Assembly (NCBI GenBank): GCA_021156325.1
Contig: JAJNDI010000002.1
Location: 4,757-68,756, forward strand
DNA length: 64,000 bases
DNA from: Gammaproteobacteria bacterium
GTDB taxonomy: Bacteria > Pseudomonadota > Gammaproteobacteria > JAJFKG01
Reading direction: 5' to 3'
Shown here: in pieces, positions 36,543 to 46,332 of the stretch
Position numbering within the stretch: position 1 is the first letter of the stretch
How the letters are laid out: each line of letters begins with the position of its first letter
The notes under the pieces: generated by a model
What the model was told of the DNA's origin: nothing
Seen by the model: only the letters and a program-made list of their open reading frames with translations
Database searches by the model: none
Program-made: the position numbers and the translations under genes

Positions 36543-37505
36543 TTATGCCCCCTGCCATACACCGGGTTCTTGATCTTGTTGATGAACAGGCGGCATTGGA
36601 ATTGCTTTATTAAACGCTTTTTTAGACACAGAACCGATCATCTGCTGCAACACTTCAATCGGAGCTGCGCCAGGAATAAAGATCGATACTAAATCATCCA
36701 TGTTTTGGGGTTCTTGTTGAGAAGCTCCATTTGCAGGCGCTACAGTTGTGGTGAAAATCAAAGCCGGTGTCGCGTTGATCCCAATGGCTTGTGCCAGTTG
36801 TCGATTATTTTGCAATTCCTTGTCAAGCGCGGGATCTTGCATATCTTTTTTCAATTGTGGGATATTGATCTTGGCTTCTTTTGCTAATTTCAGCACTTCT
36901 TCTTGCGTTAACGGTTTTTTTGAAGAGAGTAATTTATCGTGCAAGGCTTGATATTTGCCTTGGTTTTTAGCAGCCAGAGCTGCTTTGGAAGCAAACGTGG
37001 ATGTTTCACCGAAGATCGGGAATTCTTTATAAACGATTCGTAGTTCGCCGTCTTGTTTTTTCAATTCTGCCAAATTAGGAGAGAGGCGTCTGCAATGCAC
37101 ACATTGGTAATCAAAAAATTCAATTAACGTTACTTTACCTTTAGGATTGCCGTCTACAGGTGAAGCGGCGTTGTTAACCAATTGAGCGCGATTGGCTTCA
37201 ATGGCTTTCTGGGCTTCTTTTTGGGATTCAAACATCATTTTGTTTTGGAAGTCCGTAATGAGCTTCTGCATTTGTTCCGATGACAAACGGCTTGACTTGC
37301 CGTTAACGGCATCACTGAGCCCCGCGGCAAACTGGCTGCGGCTGACAGGGGCGTTTTGGTCGCTTATGCCTTGGCTGATTTTTTGCCCGGTAGAATAACC
37401 TAAGGTGTAACTTAATTGGTCATTTTCTGTATCGGTTGTTTTGGCAAAACCCAGAGTAGCAAAGAAAATACCCAACAAGCTTAAGAGCAGCACGCAACGC
37501 TTCAT
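36543..37505 (-). CDS. Periplasmic DsbA-family thiol:disulfide oxidoreductase with a Mip-type (FKBP_N-like) N-terminal dimerisation domain
   Basis: Signal peptide from the ATG at 37505. The LSYTLGYSTGQKI...FAAGLSDAVNG...FQNKM pattern resembles the Mip N-terminal domain. CVHC active site in a thioredoxin fold. About 60 aa of extra C-terminal tail. Confidence 0.75.
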   Translation of the reverse strand: MKRCVLLLSLLGIFFATLGFAKTTDTENDQLSYTLGYSTGQKISQGISDQNAPVSRSQFAAGLSDAVNGKSSRLSSEQMQKLITDFQNKMMFESQKEAQKAIEANRAQLVNNAASPVDGNPKGKVTLIEFFDYQCVHCRRLSPNLAELKKQDGELRIVYKEFPIFGETSTFASKAALAAKNQGKYQALHDKLLSSKKPLTQEEVLKLAKEAKINIPQLKKDMQDPALDKELQNNRQLAQAIGINATPALIFTTTVAPANGASQQEPQNMDDLVSIFIPGAAPIEVLQQMIGSVSKKAFNKAIPMPPVHQQDQEPGVWQGA

Positions 37506-37666
37506 ATCTAGTCCCTCTATGATGGTGAAAAATTCAGTCCTCTGAAATAGTAACCTATCCTGTTTAAAAGCACAAAGGAGATTGATCCCGTAACAGCAAA
37601 AAATCTGTCGTTTGGCTAGATGAATTGTTATACTGATTCTTACTATAAAAACTCGGGAGACCCTGT

Positions 37667-38233
37667 GTGGCAAAAAAATCAACCAATTTAATTTGGATCG
37701 ATTTGGAAATGACGGGGTTAGATACCGATCTTGACCATATCATCGAAATTGCCACCATTGTCACCGACATTGATTTGAATATCATTGCTGAAGGGCCGGT
37801 TCTGGCTATCCATCAGCCTGAGTCAGTGTTGAGCCGTCTGGACGCTTGGAATCAAAAACACCATTCTCAATCAGGCTTATTGGATAGAGTACGTGCCAGC
37901 ACCCTGACCCCGGCGGAGGCTGAAGACCAAACCCTGCAATTTCTAAAACAGCATGTCACCCGTGGCAAATCGCCCATGTGCGGCAATAGCATTTGCCAGG
38001 ACAGACGTTTTTTGCACCGACAAATGCCGCTCCTGGAGCAATACTTTCACTATCGTCATCTGGATGTCAGTACCTTAAAAATACTGGCTAAAGCCTGGGC
38101 ACCGAAGGTGTATAATAGTCTTCAGAAGAAGACTCTTCATGTCGCATTAGAAGATATCCGCGATTCTATCAATGAATTACGTCATTACCGCGAACATCTT
38201 TTAAAATTATCCCCTGAAGAAAAAGCGGAGTAA
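37667..38233 (+). CDS. orn: Oligoribonuclease
   Basis: [15 protein letters not shown] exonuclease motif. GTG start. Confidence 0.92.
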   Translation: MAKKSTNLIWIDLEMTGLDTDLDHIIEIATIVTDIDLNIIAEGPVLAIHQPESVLSRLDAWNQKHHSQSGLLDRVRASTLTPAEAEDQTLQFLKQHVTRGKSPMCGNSICQDRRFLHRQMPLLEQYFHYRHLDVSTLKILAKAWAPKVYNSLQKKTLHVALEDIRDSINELRHYREHLLKLSPEEKAE

Positions 38234-38238
38234 CAACA

Positions 38239-39717
38239 GTGTTTCGGCAGCTCTATTCTACAGAACACATCCGCGAAGCGGAACGAAAGGCCGTTGCGCA
38301 GGGGTTGTCTGAAGAAACGTTGATGCAGCGGGCAGCTGATGGGGCGTTGAATTTTCTACTGAGTAATTATGGGCAGAAAAAACGAATCGTTATCTGCTGC
38401 GGGCAAGGAAATAACGGCGGCGATGGATATGTGTTGGCAAAATTGCTTAAAAAAGCGCGTTTTTCTGTAACAGTTTTACATGAAAAAGAGAAACCTCAAG
38501 CGACTACTTCTCTGGGGCAATGGGCCATTACACAAGCTTTAAAACAAAAAGTAGAGTGCAAACCTTTTAATAAAGAAACTTTAATGTCAGCAGATATTAT
38601 TGTTGATGCTTTAGCAGGAATAGGGCTTAACACGCCGCTGAGATCGGCTTTGACTGAGATCGTTGGCCTTATCAATGCTGCCAATAAACCGGTTGTTTCA
38701 TTGGATTTACCCTCAGGTTTGTCAGCCAATAGCGGTGCTGTCTTGGGAGCAGCGGTTAAAGCAACGCATACCATCACGTTCATTGCGTATAAACCGGGGC
38801 TATTTACGGGTGCGGGCGTTGAATATGCCGGCAATGTAGTTTTAGCTGATTTGAACTTACCTCAAGAGATCTTATCTCATTGCATACCCGCTGCAACTTT
38901 AATGGATTGGAATTGCGCACCTCGTTTGCCCAGGCGATCGCGCGATGCGCATAAAGGGCTTTTTGGCCGCGTATTAGTAATAGGCGGTAATCACGGCATG
39001 GGTGGCTCTGTTTTATTAGCCGCACTTGCCGCTTATCGAAGCGGAGCGGGTTTAGTGTCATTGGCGACTCGCAAAGAACATATTGCACCGATGTTAAGCC
39101 ATATGCCCGAAGTGATGGCTTGCAGCATTGAAAAAGAAAGCGATATTGAACGGTTATTACTGCGCGCCAAAGTGATCGTCTTGGGGCCGGGGCTCGGCTA
39201 TGATCACTGGGCACAAACGTTATTTCAAATGGCGTTAAATGCGAATAAACCCTGTGTCTTAGATGCCGATGGATTAAATTTATTAGCAGCTTGTCCGAAC
39301 GTTTTAAAAAAGGTGACGGCACCGCTTGTTCTTACCCCGCATCCCCGTGAAGCAGCGCGTCTCTTGGGGATGAGAACGGCTGAGATTCAAGCCGATCGTT
39401 TTGCAGCGTTGTCTGCCTTGATTGAGCGCTATCCTGCAACTGTGGTATTAAAAGGTGCAGGCACATTGATTGGAGAAAAGGGATCTTCCACAAGAACACT
39501 GTGTGCTGTGGGTAATCCCGGTATGGCGAGCGGCGGTATGGGTGATCTCTTAAGCGGTATTATTGCCGCCTTGTTAGCACAAGGGCTGCCTCCTGAAACG
39601 GCTGCTTCATTAGGAGTTTGTGTACATGGGCATGCAGGCGATCTGGCAGCACGTTCAGGCGAGCGAGGCATGGTTGCATCTGATTTGCTTGTTCCTTTAA
39701 GACAATTGATGAATTAG
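38239..39717 (+). CDS. nnr: Bifunctional NAD(P)H-hydrate repair enzyme (epimerase/dehydratase)
   Basis: YjeF N- and C-terminal domains, upstream of tsaE as in E. coli. Confidence 0.9.
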   Translation: MFRQLYSTEHIREAERKAVAQGLSEETLMQRAADGALNFLLSNYGQKKRIVICCGQGNNGGDGYVLAKLLKKARFSVTVLHEKEKPQATTSLGQWAITQALKQKVECKPFNKETLMSADIIVDALAGIGLNTPLRSALTEIVGLINAANKPVVSLDLPSGLSANSGAVLGAAVKATHTITFIAYKPGLFTGAGVEYAGNVVLADLNLPQEILSHCIPAATLMDWNCAPRLPRRSRDAHKGLFGRVLVIGGNHGMGGSVLLAALAAYRSGAGLVSLATRKEHIAPMLSHMPEVMACSIEKESDIERLLLRAKVIVLGPGLGYDHWAQTLFQMALNANKPCVLDADGLNLLAACPNVLKKVTAPLVLTPHPREAARLLGMRTAEIQADRFAALSALIERYPATVVLKGAGTLIGEKGSSTRTLCAVGNPGMASGGMGDLLSGIIAALLAQGLPPETAASLGVCVHGHAGDLAARSGERGMVASDLLVPLRQLMN

Positions 39718-40229
39718 TGACAGCGGTTATGAAAACGGATATCCCTTTAGTTCATTTTTCTATTGGATCCTTGTCTCAAACCACTGCGTTGGCAGGTTTA
39801 TTGGCCGATCTCAGCGCGCCGCCCTTAATACTTTATTTAAAAGGAGATTTGGGCGCGGGTAAAACGACCTTTGTGAGAGCTTATTTAGCCGCAATGGGCT
39901 TCACAGGAAGAGTGAAAAGTCCGACCTATACTTTAATTGAACCTTATGACATCAGAGAGCATGAAGTGTACCACTTTGACCTATATCGTTTAAAACAGCC
40001 GGGTGAATTACAAACGCTGGGGATAGAGGATTATATCCACTCCAAGAGCATTTGTTTGATTGAATGGCCTGAAAAAGGGCTTGGGTTTTTGCCTGATCCT
40101 GATTTAATCTGTGATATCATGCCGGGCGATGAAGAAAACGCACGGCAATTTTATATCACAGCACCTTCAGAAAAGGGACAAAAGATGATAAAGACAATTG
40201 ATACCATAAAGCAAGAGAGAGGGTTATGA
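39717..40229 (+). CDS. tsaE: tRNA threonylcarbamoyladenosine biosynthesis ATPase TsaE
   Basis: GDLGAGKTTFVR P-loop. Synteny supports the call. Confidence 0.85.
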   Translation: MTAVMKTDIPLVHFSIGSLSQTTALAGLLADLSAPPLILYLKGDLGAGKTTFVRAYLAAMGFTGRVKSPTYTLIEPYDIREHEVYHFDLYRLKQPGELQTLGIEDYIHSKSICLIEWPEKGLGFLPDPDLICDIMPGDEENARQFYITAPSEKGQKMIKTIDTIKQERGL

Positions 40230-41623
40230 GCCGCCTTTGCAAAATTCTCTTTATCTTTATAGCGTGTTTCTCGGTCTCGTCAGTGGCGTTAGGCTCTCTG
40301 CCAGAAATCGATGCGCTACAAGTGGAACAGAGCCGTAGCAATGAAATAGAAACAACCGCATTAACTTTTGTCTTAACACAACCTGTGAAATATCGTTATT
40401 TTACATTATCTAATCCAAACCGATTAGTAGTGGATATCAATGATGCCATGTTGAAAGCAGATGTCGCTAAAGTGCCGCTGGATAACACAGTGATTAAATC
40501 GATACGAGCGGGTCAAACAGGAAAGCAAGTACGTTTGGTTTTTGATTTGAAGCAAAAAACGGATACGCAGATCACTTTATTAGCCCCCAAATCAAACTAC
40601 CGCGATCGCTTGCTTATTGTATTAACATCAAAAAATGCTGCGATCACCTCTAAGCAAATTCCGGAAAAAAAGACACTCAATACAAGCAAAAATAGCCTGC
40701 TTCTTAAAGCAGCGCCAGAACGGGATATTGTTGTGGTGATTGACCCGGGGCATGGCGGTAAAGATCCAGGGGCTGTGGGATCATACGGCGCGCGCGAAAA
40801 AGAAATCGTATTGGGGATCTCTCAAGCTTTATATCATTTAATGAAAAATGAGCCGGGTTTAAAACCAGTTTTGACGCGATCAGGGGATTATTTCATTGGG
40901 TTGCGCGGACGCTTACAAAAAGCGCGCAATGCCAAAGCCGATATGTTTATTGCTATTCATGCGGATGCTTATAAAAACCGATCAGCACGCGGCGCTTCGG
41001 TTTATGCGCTCTCACAGCGTGGCGCCAGCAGTGAAGCCGCGCGCTGGCTCGCGCAAAAAGAAAACTATTCTGAACTAGGCGGGGTTGATCTGAATGGATT
41101 GGAAGACAGCGACAAAAACTTGCGTTCTGTTTTGATCGATTTATCTCAAACGGCAACGATTGCAGAAAGTTTGGATATTGGAGAATCTTTATTAAGTCAT
41201 TTAAGCCACATTAATAGTCTTCATCATGAAACGGTTGAGCAAGCTCGTTTTGTCGTGTTGAAATCACCGGATATTCCTTCTGTATTAGTTGAAACGGGAT
41301 TTATTTCAAACCCGTCTGAAGAACATAACCTCCAAAATCCAGCTTATCGGGAACAAATAGCCAAAGCCATTTTAACAGGCATAAAACAATATTTTGTTGA
41401 CAATCCACCGCGTGGTACACTGTATGCGGCACAAAAAGATGAGCAGCAGGCACAATTGGCGCATCGTACCCAGGAGCTTCCTTACAGGATTAAAAAAGGG
41501 GATACCTTATCCCTCTTGGCTGACGAATATCATATCTCCGTAGAAGCCATTCGAAAACGTAATGGCATTCACAATGGTGATATCAACGTTGGGCAAACCA
41601 TTATTTTGCCTGCTATTGCATAA
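40226..41623 (+). CDS. amiB: N-acetylmuramoyl-L-alanine amidase (AMIN + amidase_3 + C-terminal LysM)
   Basis: IDPGHGGKDPGA amidase_3 motif and a LysM-like YRIKKGDTLSLLADEY. The symbol is assigned from the nnr-tsaE-amiB-mutL synteny. Confidence 0.85.
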   Translation: MSRLCKILFIFIACFSVSSVALGSLPEIDALQVEQSRSNEIETTALTFVLTQPVKYRYFTLSNPNRLVVDINDAMLKADVAKVPLDNTVIKSIRAGQTGKQVRLVFDLKQKTDTQITLLAPKSNYRDRLLIVLTSKNAAITSKQIPEKKTLNTSKNSLLLKAAPERDIVVVIDPGHGGKDPGAVGSYGAREKEIVLGISQALYHLMKNEPGLKPVLTRSGDYFIGLRGRLQKARNAKADMFIAIHADAYKNRSARGASVYALSQRGASSEAARWLAQKENYSELGGVDLNGLEDSDKNLRSVLIDLSQTATIAESLDIGESLLSHLSHINSLHHETVEQARFVVLKSPDIPSVLVETGFISNPSEEHNLQNPAYREQIAKAILTGIKQYFVDNPPRGTLYAAQKDEQQAQLAHRTQELPYRIKKGDTLSLLADEYHISVEAIRKRNGIHNGDINVGQTIILPAIA

Positions 41624-41697
41624 AATCCGTTGTTATGCGCTTTGCGCGCACAGCGGCCCCTTTTTCAAAGGGAGTGAAACGAGGAGCAGGCAAGGCA

Positions 41698-43509
41698 ATG
41701 AAAATAGAAATATTACCCCCCGATTTGGCTAATAAAATTGCAGCAGGTGAAGTTGTTGAACGGCCTGCTTCGGTGGTCAAAGAACTCATTGAAAATAGTA
41801 TCGATGCCAAGGCTGCTCATATCACGATATCTATTCGGGGCAGCGGCTTGGAAGGTATTCAAGTCACTGATAATGGCGCTGGCATAGACAAAACCGATTT
41901 ACCCTTGGCGTTGGCTTCTCATGCCACGAGCAAGATCAAAACCGTAGACGATTTAATGTGTATTGAAAGTTTAGGTTTTCGGGGAGAAGCCTTAGCCAGT
42001 ATTGCTGCGGTTTCCCACTTCTCATTACAATCTTGTACACAAGAGAGTGATTCTGGTTTTGAAGTAAATAATGAAACAAAAACCATTACCGTCAAACCAG
42101 CTGCACATCCGCAAGGCACAACCGTGATAGTGAATGATCTATTTTACAATGTTCCCGCCAGACGTAAATTCTTAAAGAGCGAAAAAACAGAATTTGCGCA
42201 TATTGAAGAAGTGATTCGCCGCCAAGCTTTAAGCACTTTTAATGTAACTTTTAACTTGCTTCACAATAAACGCGAAGTTTTGCGATTGGCGCCTGCGCAC
42301 ACTCGTGTGGAACGCGAAAAGCGGGTTTCTATATTGTTGGGGCAGGGATTTATAAAACATTGTGTGTATGTAGAAACTGCTCGCAATGGATTAACTTTAC
42401 AAGGCTGGGTAGCTAATGCTGAAATAGCGCGAACCCAAAACGACAGACAATATTGTTTTTTGAACGGCCGTGTCATTCGGGATAAATTATTACACCATGC
42501 GATACGACAAGCTTATGAAGATAGATTACCCACAGGACGTTATCCTTCTGTGGTTTTGTTTTTAAGCTGCGATCCGGCTGCTGTAGATGTGAATGTTCAT
42601 CCTACTAAACACGAAGTGCGTTTTCATGATGCGCGTCTTGTGCATGACTTTTTATTTCGCAGCGTAAAAGATATACTACAGCATGAAACAAAAAGTGATC
42701 TTGAATCGGTCGAGAACGCGAACGTTGATCGTTATCAACAGGATATCCTGGTATCTAACTACCGCCTAAAGCAATCTCTTGAACCTAAATACCAAGGTTA
42801 TGAAACAAAATCAGCCTGGCAAGCGGTTAAATCCATCACGCAATATCGCTTGATTGGGATTTTTGCTTCTCGTTATATCTTAACTGAAGAGAAAAATATA
42901 CCCAAAGCATTTCAAGTTGAGACGAGGCGCGAGTGCAGCCGAGCACCGGAGTGTATAAGTCAATACATGAGCAGCGAGGTAAGCTCGCAACAAAGTCTCA
43001 ACTTGAAAGGCGAAGGATATAGCCTGATTTTTATCGATGCTAAACGGGTACATGCAAAATGGATAACAAGGCGTTTATTGAAAGACTCTATTCGTACACA
43101 GCCATTATTAGTGCCGCTTCGCTATACTGTAAATACTGCGATTATGGAAAAGTGGGAAACCTGTGAAATGTCGCTGTCAAAGCTGGGGGTTGCTGCCAGT
43201 CTTTTTGGATCTCATCTTATCCTTATTCGGCAGATCCCTTCTTTATTGCGCGATGTTGCACTGGAACCTGTTCTGTCTCAATGTTTTGAGCTGATGGTAC
43301 AAAATTATGAGCAGACGGTTCATGAAAAGCTCATTGCAATAATGGCAGAGGCAGCAGCAACTCACCTTTGCAATAATCGATTTGATTCCACTATTGCGCA
43401 GCAAGTTCTCTCGGAATATGAAGAAATCAGCGAAGAAAGTCCTGTTAAACAATATGAATGGCAATTATCGGACAAAGACATCGCAGCAGCTTTTAGCGGA
43501 AAAAAGTAA
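41698..43509 (+). CDS. mutL: DNA mismatch repair protein MutL
   Basis: IAAGEVVERPASVVKELIENSIDA GHKL ATPase motif. The start was trimmed to MKIEILP. Confidence 0.93.
   Translation: MKIEILPPDLANKIAAGEVVERPASVVKELIENSIDAKAAHITISIRGSGLEGIQVTDNGAGIDKTDLPLALASHATSKIKTVDDLMCIESLGFRGEALASIAAVSHFSLQSCTQESDSGFEVNNETKTITVKPAAHPQGTTVIVNDLFYNVPARRKFLKSEKTEFAHIEEVIRRQALSTFNVTFNLLHNKREVLRLAPAHTRVEREKRVSILLGQGFIKHCVYVETARNGLTLQGWVANAEIARTQNDRQYCFLNGRVIRDKLLHHAIRQAYEDRLPTGRYPSVVLFLSCDPAAVDVNVHPTKHEVRFHDARLVHDFLFRSVKDILQHETKSDLESVENANVDRYQQDILVSNYRLKQSLEPKYQGYETKSAWQAVKSITQYRLIGIFASRYILTEEKNIPKAFQVETRRECSRAPECISQYMSSEVSSQQSLNLKGEGYSLIFIDAKRVHAKWITRRLLKDSIRTQPLLVPLRYTVNTAIMEKWETCEMSLSKLGVAASLFGSHLILIRQIPSLLRDVALEPVLSQCFELMVQNYEQTVHEKLIAIMAEAAATHLCNNRFDSTIAQQVLSEYEEISEESPVKQYEWQLSDKDIAAAFSGKK
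42912..43006. repeat. 95-nt segment bounded by a 12-bp perfect inverted repeat, inside the mutL linker coding region
   Basis: TCAAGTTGAGAC (42912-42923) and GTCTCAACTTGA (42995-43006). Translated in frame as part of MutL. Confidence 0.5.
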
Positions 43510-44456
43510 TGTTACCTACAATTTGTATTTTAGGCCCCACCAGCAGCGGCAAAACAGAATTAGCGCTATTATTGGCTGATAAAATTGATTGTGAGATTAT
43601 CAGCGTGGATTCTGCTTTGGTTTATCGCGGTATGGATATCGGTACAGCCAAACCAAGCCTTGCTATTCGCACACATCGGCTGCATCATTTGATCGATATT
43701 TGTGATGTGACAGAACCTTATTCTGCTGCCAAATTTGAAGCAGACGCTAATCAGTTGATTCAGGCAATCCATCAGCGAGGTAAAATTCCTCTCTTAGTCG
43801 GCGGGACCATGTTATATTTTCGAGCTTTATTGTTTGGTTTATCTTCTATGCCAGAAGCCAATCAAACGATTCGCGCTGAAATCACAGAACAGGCTAAACA
43901 GAACGGCTGGCAAACATTACATGATTACCTGGCCAAAGTTGATCCGCTGAGTGCTGAACGAATTAAAGTCAGTGATACACAGCGCCTGCAGCGTGCGCTC
44001 GAAGTCTATTTAACAACCGGGAAAACGTTATCCTCTCATTGGCAGAGTGATAAACCTCAGCTTAATCATAGCTGGCAGCAACAGTGTTTCTGTATTGAAA
44101 TAGCGCCTTCAACACGAACATTATTACATGCGAGAATTGGATTGCGTTTTCAAGCGATGTTAGACAAAGGGTTGATTGCCGAAGTGGAACAGTTTTATCA
44201 ACGTCCCGACGTAGAGGCTGATTTGCCTGCGATGCGCTCAGTGGGATATCGGCAAGTCTGGTCTTATTTAGCCGGTGAAATAGCGTATGAGGAGATGATC
44301 AATAAAGCTGTTGCAGCGACACGGCAATTGGCTAAACGACAACTCACTTGGCTGCGTCATTGGCCAGAGAGATATCCTGTCTATCATTACCTTTGTGATG
44401 AGCCGGCAGACTATCAACGCGCAACGGATAAAATTACTACAATATTATTTCGTTAA
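43509..44456 (+). CDS. miaA: tRNA dimethylallyltransferase
   Basis: GPTSSGKT P-loop and MiaA collinearity. Confidence 0.93.
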   Translation: MLPTICILGPTSSGKTELALLLADKIDCEIISVDSALVYRGMDIGTAKPSLAIRTHRLHHLIDICDVTEPYSAAKFEADANQLIQAIHQRGKIPLLVGGTMLYFRALLFGLSSMPEANQTIRAEITEQAKQNGWQTLHDYLAKVDPLSAERIKVSDTQRLQRALEVYLTTGKTLSSHWQSDKPQLNHSWQQQCFCIEIAPSTRTLLHARIGLRFQAMLDKGLIAEVEQFYQRPDVEADLPAMRSVGYRQVWSYLAGEIAYEEMINKAVAATRQLAKRQLTWLRHWPERYPVYHYLCDEPADYQRATDKITTILFR

Positions 44457-44628
44457 CCAAAATAAGGCCTGGTTGTATCTTGTACAATAGGTATGCTAGA
44501 CTACGCGTACCTGTCACAAAAGACTACAGTATTTGTCAGGTGAGAGAGTAGTCGTTTGGATAAACGGAATTAACAGTCAGGCTGTTTTATCAAACGACCA
44601 TAATAAACATTCTATAAGGAGATACACC

Positions 44629-44910
44629 ATGTCAATAAAAGGGCAAACCTTACAAGACCCTTTTCTCAATGTCCTCAGGAAAGAGAAAATCCCCGTGTCT
44701 GTCTATCTTGTCAATGGCATCAAATTACAAGGTCATGTTGAATCATTTGATCAATTTGTTTTGTTATTAAAGAATTCAGTGAGCCAAATGGTTTATAAAC
44801 ACGCTATTTCAACTATCGTTCCTGCGCGCGGTGTTCGCATGGCGACAGAGAATGGAGGCAGCGCGGGTATGGAAGATCAAGCGCCTGCTGAAATTAACGA
44901 CGATATGTAA
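44629..44910 (+). CDS. hfq: RNA chaperone Hfq
   Basis: [26 protein letters not shown]...[10 protein letters not shown]...[13 protein letters not shown] Sm motifs. The start was trimmed to the ATG at 44629. Confidence 0.95.
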   Translation: MSIKGQTLQDPFLNVLRKEKIPVSVYLVNGIKLQGHVESFDQFVLLLKNSVSQMVYKHAISTIVPARGVRMATENGGSAGMEDQAPAEINDDM

Positions 44911-44917
44911 AGTCTTA

Positions 44918-44967
44918 TTCGCCCCCTTTTGAAGTATACTAAAGCGCAAAGAGTATAAGGGGGCGAA
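44918..44967 (+). other. Long stem-loop between hfq and hflX
   Basis: TTCGCCCCCTT pairs with AAGGGGGCGAA (11 bp), with an inner TATACT/AGTATA stem. No T-run follows. Confidence 0.4.
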
Positions 44968-45001
44968 AGCTGAATATGACGTGAATTAAAAAAGTCAGGT
45001 A

Positions 45002-46255
45002 ATGAAAGAAACAGCCATCATAGTTCATGTTAATTTCCATGCTGATTTCAGTCAGGAAGATCTCAACGAGTGTCAACAATTAGCTGAATCTGCCGGCTTG
45101 ATCATCGTTGATGTTATTACCGCTTCCCGTCAGTCTCCCGATGCGACATATTTTATTGGTCAGGGCAAAGCAGAAGCTTTAAGCCAGGCGGTTAAACAAT
45201 ATCAACCCAATGTTGTATTATTTAATCATGCCTTATCGCCTGCACAAGCCCGCAATCTGGAACGTTTATGTCAGGTACATGTAGTCGATCGCACCGATTT
45301 AATTCTCACCATCTTTGCTGACAGAGCGCGTACTTTTGAAGGAAAATTGCAAGTTGAATTAGCTCAATTGCGTCATTTATCAACCCGTTTGGTTCGAGGG
45401 TGGACGCATTTGGAACGTCAAAAAGGCGGTATTGGCTTACGCGGCCCCGGTGAAACTCAATTGGAAACTGATAGACGCTTATTACGTGCTCGTATTAAAA
45501 CCATTGAATCACGATTGGATAAAGTCAAAGCGCAACGCTCTTTAAGTCGTCATGCACGGATCCGCGGGGCAATTCCCACCATTGCTTTAGTAGGGTATAC
45601 CAACGCCGGCAAATCAACCCTCTTTAATCGTTTAACCAATGCGGATGTGTACGTAGCGGATCAACTTTTTGCAACGCTCGATCCAACATTGCGCCGTGTA
45701 GAGCTCCCTTATTTAGGAACTCTCATTTTAGCCGATACCGTCGGTTTTATTCGACATTTACCGCATGATTTGATCAAGGCTTTTCAAGCAACCCTGGAAG
45801 AAGTCGTCCAAGCAGATTTGCTCTTGCATGTGGTAGATACCACAGCGCACCGCCGGGACGATAATATTAAACAGGTTAATACGGTATTAGCAGAAATCGG
45901 GGCGGCCAAAGTACCTTGTTTGATGGTATTTAATAAAGCCGATGGTATTGAAGGAATACGTTATGGGGTAGAATGGGAAGAAACCATACACGGGCGTCAA
46001 CCCAAATGTGTTTGGATATCGGCAACAGAAAATCAGGGCGTTGAGGGTTTAAAACGCGCTATCACAACACTGCTTTCAGAAGAACAAGCGATACGAGAAC
46101 TTTGTTTGCCGGTGACAGAAGGTAAATTACGCGCAAAATTATACCAGCTGAAAGCAGTTTTAGCAGAAAGCATCGATCAATATGGTCACTCCACATTGAC
46201 GGTACGTTTACCCTTAAACGAATTTGACACTATTTTGCGCTCTCAAGCAGGTTAA
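45002..46255 (+). CDS. hflX: GTPase HflX
   Basis: GYTNAGKSTLFN G1 motif and an HflX N-domain. Confidence 0.93.
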   Translation: MKETAIIVHVNFHADFSQEDLNECQQLAESAGLIIVDVITASRQSPDATYFIGQGKAEALSQAVKQYQPNVVLFNHALSPAQARNLERLCQVHVVDRTDLILTIFADRARTFEGKLQVELAQLRHLSTRLVRGWTHLERQKGGIGLRGPGETQLETDRRLLRARIKTIESRLDKVKAQRSLSRHARIRGAIPTIALVGYTNAGKSTLFNRLTNADVYVADQLFATLDPTLRRVELPYLGTLILADTVGFIRHLPHDLIKAFQATLEEVVQADLLLHVVDTTAHRRDDNIKQVNTVLAEIGAAKVPCLMVFNKADGIEGIRYGVEWEETIHGRQPKCVWISATENQGVEGLKRAITTLLSEEQAIRELCLPVTEGKLRAKLYQLKAVLAESIDQYGHSTLTVRLPLNEFDTILRSQAG

Positions 46256-46332
46256 TTTTGTATCAATACTTGCGGGTAGCTGCTTGGACACATAGAATTC
46301 CAATAAGCTACTAACGCTGTAGGAGCGATTAC

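Noticed and set aside
38804-39322. 172-aa antisense ORF inside nnr, and similar alternate-frame ORFs at 48172-48483 (in hflC) and 56750-57088 (in the membrane gene)
   Set aside because: They lie wholly within well-supported genes and lack SD and start context. Their composition is typical of off-frame reading.
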